Part shown: positions 52,955 through 64,000 of the stretch, piece after piece
Layout of the letters: each line of letters begins with the position of its first letter
How positions within the stretch are numbered: the first letter of the stretch is position 1
DNA from: Eledone cirrhosa
Taxonomy: Eukaryota
Length of the DNA stretch: 64,000 bases
Assembly: GCA_964016885.1 (NCBI GenBank)
Contig: OZ024740.1
Location: forward strand, 105,400,001-105,464,000
Reading direction: 5' to 3'
Notes under the pieces: model-generated
What the model was told of the DNA's origin: nothing
The model's database searches: none
What the model saw: the letters and a program-made list of their open reading frames with translations, nothing else
Made by a program: the position numbers and the translations under genes

Positions 52955-52955
<1 letters not shown>

Positions 52956-53230
52956 TCTTTTACTCTTTTACCTGTTCCAGCCATCCGACTGAGGCCATGC
53001 TGGTCACCGCGCTAGTTGCGACACATTTTATCTCCAGCTTGTATTGGTTTGCCACTGGTGTAAGAGGGATTTTGTTGCTGCTGCCCTTAGGTTTACCTCG
53101 TGCCTTGCTGTGGGCTCATCCGGGATCCTGGATAGCAAGGTGTCGAGATGTTTCTTGAAGACATCCACCTCCACACCATGTAGATCTCTCAGATCCCTTA
53201 GTAGCTTGTTGAAGAGTTGAATCCCAGGCG
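52955..53230 (-). mobile_element. CR1-group LINE 3' end
   Basis: GIQLFNKLLRDLRDLHGVEVDVFKKHLDTLLSRIPDEP; tail (gtaaaaga)n. Confidence 0.75.
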
Positions 53231-53255
53231 AATATATATATATAAATACATATAA

Positions 53256-53330
<75 letters not shown>

Positions 53331-54439
53331 TATATTTAGAAGTTAAACAAGGATCAATGAATACATCAAAGTATGAGTTTTACAATATATTGGAAGCACT
53401 CAACAGTATAAGGTTCTCCAGAGTTATTAATATTAATTCAAAATATTAGGACTCATGTAGTTCTGACTTATATGTGTATAGTGTATATCAACTAATTGAA
53501 AATAATTGATATAAAACATTAATTTTTTAACAATATTTTTTAACAATATCTTTTAACTATATATATTTTGTGAACAATATTTTCAGTAACTTATTTACTA
53601 TATTATATTATTGTATTATATATATTTGAAAGGTTTCACCTCTATTATAAACAAATAATAAACTATAATCCTTGTACATTTTTTGATCAACACATATATA
53701 TATAATTAAAAATTCAGACTTCTTTAAGTTTAGTTATAAGGCCGCTTGATCCTTTAGGCACTCAAGCTATTTAACAATAAATTCTTTAATAATTATAACT
53801 CGAATTATTTTATGAATTGTATTATATAAACTGTTGCCAATATTATAAATAATTAAGATTACCTTCGTGAGTGTATAAAAGCATTATATATTTTCTTTCT
53901 CGTGTTTCGTAAATCCTTTAAATTATTTTTCATAAAATTTGAATTTTAAAAATTAAACATAATTATAATATTAATACAAATACCTATTAACTTTTAAAAC
54001 CTAAAATATTATTCATTACACTGAAATAACTTAGATTAAATATTTTGAATATTAACGGCCAACTATATTAATTTGGGTATATGGAAAATTGTTTATAAAC
54101 TTGAACATAAATTACTCCCCTTTGTCTCTCTCTCTCTTTAATCATCTTACATTTGATTTTTCGAGCCACCTATTAAATATATTATCACATCAGCTGTTTC
54201 TTCCTCTATGCTTTCCTTTCCCTCCTCTTTCTTCAATAGTTTAAAAATATGTTTTTGTAACTGTTATATTGATGCCATGTATTTTTTAAGCTGTATTACA
54301 CGCACCCTCTCTATTGTTTGTTTTATGTTATCTCATGTTCTCAATATTAGGGTATAAATATTGGGTTTTGTCATAAGTTAATCACTACCATGACTGAATC
54401 TTAACCATCTACTAAGTCAGGGTATGTCATGCATCATCC

Positions 54440-54506
54440 TATTTTATCTGATGAGGACGTACTGTTAAACTTAACTCAGTACCTCTGAAATATGTATAAT
54501 AAAATA
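54440..54506 (+). ncRNA. type I hammerhead; copies at 58876-58942(+) and 59090-59156(-)
   Basis: tattttat-CTGATGA...gtactg/cagtac...GAAA-tatgta-TA-ataaaata. Confidence 0.75.
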
Positions 54507-54711
54507 TAATTGATCACAAGAATATTTATTTTGTTAATATTTTGAATTAATATTAATAACTCTGGAAAACCTTTTCACTGTTGAGTGCTTCCAATCTATT
54601 GTAAAACTCATTCTTTGATGTATTCATTGAACCTTGTTTAACTTTTAAATATATATAGCTCCCAGCATGTTGAGCGCTTTTCTCTACAATAGATTGCATA
54701 TTTAATTAATT

Positions 54712-56961
54712 ATGGAATTCTTAACCTTCCCGACATCCCTCAAGGATATACCTATACCATCTAGTGAGGAATACATGGGGAAAATTATTGAACAAACAAA
54801 CTCTTTTATAAGAAGAGTGAGATGGTGAGCATTTCATTTCGATAATAAAGAAGCTAAAAGAAAAACCAAGAGCAATTATTTCGAAACTCTATTTAAATCC
54901 AGAAAGAATCCTCCATACAACAAACTCCTGGAGGATTTTGAAACTGAAATGCTCAATATACTTAAGAAAATTAAATTCAGGAAAAACTCATATATAGGTC
55001 ACCAATACCTTAAACTTTAAAAGAAAAAATCTCGGAAATAAAAAAGTTAATAAAATATTGGTGAAATCAGACAAAACAAATAATTTATATGGGATAAATA
55101 AAGAAGAATATAATGATTTAATTTTAAAAGAACTAAGGAAAACTTATAAAAAAGCCCCAGCTGAAGATCTTACAGACATCAATAATGATGCATATAAATT
55201 AATTGCAAAGTTAGGAATTGAAGGAAGAACCGAGCCTGTTATACCTAGACAGCCGAGGATCAATTTTAAAGATCACAAAAGAAACTTTGAGGAAGACCTG
55301 CCAGTTAGACTGATTGCTCCATCCAAATCGGATATTGGAGTAATCAGTAAAAATGTTATTGATAGAATTCTACGTATTTTGAAATTGAGGTCTAAATTGA
55401 GCTTGTGGAAGGATACAAATGAAGTGATTGAATGGTATAAAAATATAGATGATAAGAAAAACCATAAATTCATCCAGATGGACATAACAAGCTATTACTC
55501 TTCCATTACGCCTAACCTACTAAATAAGGCTTTATCCTACGCTTACAAACATACAGATCTAACTACGGATGAAATGGATATCATATTAACTGCTAGAAGA
55601 ACTCTAATTAACTTCAACAATGAGTATTGGACCCGCTCAGATAGAAATAGAAACTTCGACATTACCATGGGATCATCTGACTCAGTGCAAGTCACGGATC
55701 TTCTGGGGATTTTCATCTTAAATATGATAATAGAAAACTGCCGGAGATTACCGGTGGTTTATATAGGGACGATATTTTATTTACGGTTGTTAAACACAAC
55801 AATATAGAACTAAATAGGGTAAAGAAAAGTATAATTGGATTCTTTACAATTACGACCTTAAACTAGAGGTAGAACGTGGTACCAAAATAGTTAATTTCCT
55901 TGATGTTACCCTTAACTTAAACTCTGGTTTTTATTACCCTTTCCATAAGCCCAATGAAAACTTAAATTACGTTAGTTATTACTCTAATCACCCTAAATCT
56001 GTGAAAAACGCAATTGTAAAAAGTGTACAAAAACGCATAACTAGAATATCTGCTAATAAATCAATATTTGATGAAAAAGCAGGATATTACAATGATGCGC
56101 TAAGAAAGGCAGTTATAAAAATAATATAGAATATATAGACAATAATAATCCGAGTCTTAATCCTGATAAAAATAATGGCATATATAAACGAAATTATAAA
56201 TATTCTAATAATTATAATTCAAACACCTATACTGTGAATAAATCGGGAAAAAGAACCAGAACTAAATCAGTTATATGGTTTGCCCCCCCCCCCCTGCTTC
56301 TGTAGCAGTAAGAACGCCAATAGCTAATCTATTTTTTTAAAGCTTTAGATAGTTCCTTCCCTAGTCAACATAAATACCACTCCATATTTAATAGACACAC
56401 AATTATTCTACAACTATGAATATGGCCCAAAACATCGCTAAACTAAATAGTATAATTCTAAACCAAAATCAACATATTGCTATTAATAATAGTGTTAATA
56501 TAAATAATAATAAATCGAAATGTAATTGTAGAAATAAACCAGATTGCCCTCTGCAAAATAATTGTCTGGATAGAAATCTGGTGTATAAATGCACCGCAAA
56601 AACAAATAACACATACAACTACATAGGAGCAACTTCTTCGACATTTAAATTGAGATTTGCGAATCACAAATGCTAATTTTCGAATTTTAATAGGAAGTCT
56701 TCGACTTCTTTATCACAACTTATATGGTCATTAAAAGACAAAAATTTAAAATACTCGATCTTTTGGATGAAGCTTTGTAATAGTAAAATATATACGAACT
56801 CATCTATATCAACTAGCTGCAACCTCTGCACAAAGGAGACCCTATTAATAATTACTAATTATGAAAACTTAATTAACAAAAAAAGTGAATTATTCTCAAA
56901 CTGCCTTCATAAAGCTTTGTCTACATTCCAAGCCTCGCAAAAAATCAGGAAAAAACACTAA
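54712..56961 (+). pseudogene. Naiad RT + GIY-YIG polyprotein, decayed
   Basis: SLKDIPIP, RRVRW*A, KSDKTNNLY, FKDHKRNF, MDITSYYSSI, GLYRDD, CNCRNKPDCPLQNNC, LVY...YIG. Confidence 0.92.
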
Positions 56962-58980
56962 ACAATCAGGCCTTAATCTTTGACGTCTCTTATCAACTGT
57001 TGGGCCTAAAAAGTCATAACGGTTTATAAAACTTTAATAATGCTTTATCTTCTAACCATTTATGATAGAATTAATGTTAGAATGAATGATACTCTTTTGA
57101 TAACTTGTTTACTTGATATGCATACCTTATGGTTTTCTTGGATATTTATAATTTTGATTCAGATCTTTATTTATCTGTCTCTGTTTTAAATATATAATTT
57201 GGATATTTAACTTGTAAATTTACTGATTATAATGGAACTGTAGATCATTCATGCGTTTACATATTTTACATATTTTACTCATTTTGAGTATGTTTTGGGG
57301 GTCTCAGAAAGTTAGATTTGCATTTTTATATATATCTAGGTATAAATGTATCAAACCATAACAGTCGACAAATATTGGTCTCTCTCTCCACTGAACTGGA
57401 GGTAAAACTACAATTGTAGCATTACAAATAATGATTATAATTATTTATTTATTAAATGTATACCGTTTCATTAATACCTATAATAATATCTCTATAAAGT
57501 TGTACAAATATATTTATCTAGTGTAATAACATACTCGTAGTTACATTTATAAAATATTTTAGACACTCAAATGAATCTATATTGTTATAAGTGTTTGATA
57601 TTCCCTGGAAGTTCGAATTTATATAATGATTTTTACTTAATATAATATAATTTAATTTAACTTATTTTATTTTAATTGAATTTAGATTACCTTCGGCTTT
57701 TTCAAATACTTAGCTCCTCTTCCTATCACATTCGCTAAAATATTTTAGAAGTATCTTTTGTCTACTATATTAAAACCCTATTACATTTATAATATATTTT
57801 TAATATTGGGCATATTTAAGTTTCGCAAACAATTCATTATCTTTTATTTGTATATTTACTTTGTATCTAGCCCATATCATTAGGACTCATGTAGTTTTGA
57901 CTTATATGTGTATAGTGTATATCAACTAAATGAAAATAATTGATATAAAACATTAATTTTTTAACAATATCTTTTAACAATATTTTTTAACTATATATAT
58001 TTTGTGAACAATATTTTCAGTAACTTATTTACTATATTATATTATTGTATTATATATATTTGAAAGGTTTCACCTCTATTATAAACAAATAATAAACTAT
58101 AATCCTTGTACATTTTTTGATCAACACATATATAATTAAAAATTCAGACTTCTTTAAGTTTAGTTATAAGGCCGGTTGATCCTTTAGGCACTCAAACTAT
58201 TTAACAATAAATTCTTTAATAATTATAACTAGAATTATTTTATGAATTGTATTATATAAACTGTTGTCAATATTATAAATAATTTTGGTAAAGATTACCT
58301 TCGTGAGGGTATAAAAGCATTATATATTTTCTTTCTCGTGTTTCGTAAATCCTTTAAATTTGTTTTCATATAATTTGAATTTAAAAAATTAAACATAATT
58401 ATAATATTAATACAAATACCTATTAACTTTTAAAACCTAAAATATTATTCATTACTCTGAAATAAATTAGATAAAATATTTTGAATATTAACGGCCAACT
58501 ATATTAATTTGGGCATATGGAAAATTGTATATAAACTTGAACATAAATTACTCCCCTTTGTCTTTCTCTCGCTTTAATCATCTTTCATTTGTTTTTTCGA
58601 GCCACCTATTAAATATATTATCACATCAGCTGTTTCTTCCTCTATGCTTTCCTTTCCCTCCTCTTTCTTCAATAGTTTAAAAATATGTTTTTGTAACTGT
58701 TATATTGATGTCATGTATTTTTTAAGCTGTACTACACGCACCCTCTCTTTTGTTTGTATTGTGTTATCTCATGTTCTCAATATTAGGGTATAAATATTGG
58801 GTTTTGTCATATGTTAATCACTACCATGACTGAATCTTAACCATCTACTATGTCAGGGTATGTCATGCATCATCCTATTTTATCTGATGAGAACGTACTG
58901 TTAAACTTAACTCAGTACCTCTGAAATATGTATAATAAAATATAATTGATCACAAGAATATCTATTCTGTTAATATTTTG

Positions 58981-62118
<3,138 letters not shown>

Positions 62119-62826
62119 ATAATAGAATAATCGAGTATCGGAAAATCAGCTCACGAATTAACGATAAACAAATCCGATATGAGTGGCAGAGGGCTCAATA
62201 ATTTGGATAAATCAGAGCTATAACTATCGTTAAATTACCAACACATAAAGATTATGCCTAAAATCACCCGCGCAGCCGAAAAAGAACGACCAGGAGGATT
62301 CGGGTCACTCAAATAAAATATCAATAAATCAATATTTTAATGAATGTAAAAAACTTACCCGCTAGAAGGGTGTTAAATCTAGCTTCTTGGGTTTCTGCAA
62401 ATCCTTAATCCGTTCACTATCAGCCCACATAAAAATATATAAGACTTCTAGGGAAGGACGGGACCGGAAGAGCTTTATCAACGGGTTGCGTCCGAAAATA
62501 AAGAAGTGACCTTTAGCCAGACACGCACATGGTGCCCAGCAAGGGAGATAACCTCTATATTAGCGAAAAACTTTCGCTAATGTAGAAATCATGTGGGGGT
62601 ACAAAATATCACATATCGAATCAGAGTGCTCAATAGACATGTTAAAATAAACAGGAGCTATTCATCATTCAATAGAATCGACAAAAAAAATTATCAATAA
62701 AATTAACTGGTCTAGAGCTAAATATAATAGAATAATCGAGTATCGGAAAATCAGCTCACGAATTAACGATAAACAAATCCGATATGAGTGGCAGAGGGCT
62801 CAATAATTTGGATAAATCAGAGCTAT
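62119..62826 (+). mobile_element. 605-bp unit with ~100-bp terminal redundancy in (TA)n (retrozyme-like)
   Basis: 62121-62221 = 62726-62826; orientation uncertain. Confidence 0.65.
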
Positions 62827-62879
<53 letters not shown>

Positions 62880-63035
62880 AGGAGGTTATAGTTCACTTGA
62901 AGCATTGTGTAATGAGGTATAAACGTTTGAATATGTGTAATAAGGCCAAGACAATGCAGGTATGGACATAGAAAAAAGAATGCAATAGTGAAAGATATTG
63001 ATGTGAATTCGTCTTTCACCTTGAATTTATTTAAA

Positions 63036-63076
63036 TGTCCTAAATTTTCGAGATAATATCTCTTCTTCGGAGGCAA
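63036..63076 (-). ncRNA. minimal type I hammerhead variant (CCGAAGA core) in a PLE 3' pLTR
   Basis: CCGAAGA-a-gagata-t-tatctc-GAAA-att-TA-gg. Confidence 0.6.
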
Positions 63077-63485
63077 GTAAAGGTCTCAAACCAGCGTCTT
63101 TAAATCTCTAGCCAAGCCATGCTGACCGGAAATAGTATAGGGTATCTGTTCTAACTCTAATATCAAAGAATTAAAATTAGGTGGATAAAGAGTAGTCTCC
63201 CTTTAAGAGGGGTTTGTTTAGGTTTTTTTTTTTTTTTTTTTTTAAATTAATTTTATATACGTGCCTGTATATGTGTGTGGGAGAATGCATGAAGGTGTAG
63301 GTATGTGGGTGTGTGTGTGTGAGTGTGGGAAGATAGGTCTAATCGTAAAAGTGGGGGGTAGGTGTTATCTGGTGTTAGAACTGGTTTTGTGTGTGTATGT
63401 GTGAGAGAGAATAAGTGGAGGTGTAAGCGTGTGTGTGTGCGCGTGCGTGTGTGTGGGGTGTGTAAAAATGGGGCTAGAGGCCCTA

Positions 63486-64000
63486 TCAGGTTATAAATTG
63501 GGTGTTGAGCTCTAGTCTATTATTGATTGGCGGATGTGTTCTATCTATAATAAGTGCTTCCTTAATTCTAAGATTGCCGAGGTTTCTTTCCTTAGTTTCT
63601 ATCCTAACTGTTATGTTTTTATCGGTGTTTTTGCATTTAACTATGTGTTTCTTAAATGAGGAAGCGTTAGTATTGAGCTGTTCTTTTATTCTTATGTGGA
63701 GTGGTCTGGTGGTGCTACCTACGTAGAAGTTGTTGCATTTGTCACACTCTAGTCTGTATACTACGTAAGCCTGGTGGCATAGGTCTGTGTCGTTGATGGG
63801 GCAGTTGGCTAGTCTGCAGCAGTTGTCATGTCTGGTGGAGTGTCTCTTGGCCAGCCGTCCGCGCAGAGAAGGACCCGAGTGGGCCAGTTGGATATCCAGT
63901 CCCTCTCGTCTGATGGCTCTGCGGATGGCTGTTGTTGTTTCTTCACTGAAGTGTGGGAGCTTCAGGAAGCAAGTGTTAGTGCCTCGGGTGTGGTGTCCTC
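63486..64000 (-). CDS. Penelope-like element C-terminal GIY-YIG endonuclease (Nematis/Neptune-like), partial; runs off the window
   Basis: open frame: CRLANCPINDTDLC, VVYRLECDKCNNFYVGSTTRPLHIRIKE, LRIKEALII...PPINNRLE*; 3' UTR/pLTR extends to about 62876. Confidence 0.88.
   Translation of the reverse strand, partial: GHHTRGTNTCFLKLPHFSEETTTAIRRAIRREGLDIQLAHSGPSLRGRLAKRHSTRHDNCCRLANCPINDTDLCHQAYVVYRLECDKCNNFYVGSTTRPLHIRIKEQLNTNASSFKKHIVKCKNTDKNITVRIETKERNLGNLRIKEALIIDRTHPPINNRLELNTQFIT

Larger units (their letters stand above)
53330..58985 (+). mobile_element. Naiad-type Penelope-like element 2 (inverted stub 53330-53447, 5' pLTR 53446-54548, ORF, 3' UTR and pLTR)
   Basis: direct repeat 53446-54548 = about 57880-58984; (TA)n flanks. 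Confidence 0.92.

Noticed and set aside
54826-54828. In-frame TGA in Naiad-2 as selenocysteine (some Naiads encode selenoproteins)
   Set aside because: It aligns to K in KRMRWKA of Naiad-1, so CGA>TGA decay is more likely; the conserved Cys positions use TGY codons and the ORF has other lesions.
62280-62316. ERPGGFGS resembling dUTPase motif V, and a frame with only TAA stops suggesting an alternative genetic code
   Set aside because: No other dUTPase motifs are present, and TAA excess is expected on an A-rich strand.

Overview
AT-rich, microsatellite-dense animal genomic DNA, most likely a cephalopod such as Octopus (inferred from the SINE and RTE families). No confidently identifiable host protein-coding gene is present. 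The window is a mosaic of retroelements inserted mostly into (TA)n tracts: Penelope-like elements (two decayed Naiad-type, Neptune-type pieces, one Nematis/Neptune-like 3' end), non-coding tandem pLTR/retrozyme-like units, RTE, Tx1, CR1 and CRE LINE remnants, Helitrons, Tc1/mariner and hAT MITEs, and three SINE families. Most long ORFs in the track are microsatellite artefacts. The main discovery is a hammerhead ribozyme whose three strands occur in an order that is not a circular permutation (cleavage strand, then GAAA strand, then CUGANGA strand), so it must fold as a pseudoknot. It occurs in two unrelated element families (48405-48476; 51493-52864 in three copies plus a diverged copy at 3067-3136). 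One family shows compensatory base changes and a kink-turn consensus. Many conventional and variant type I hammerheads and several fold-back palindromes are also present. All RNA folds were done by eye and are untested.
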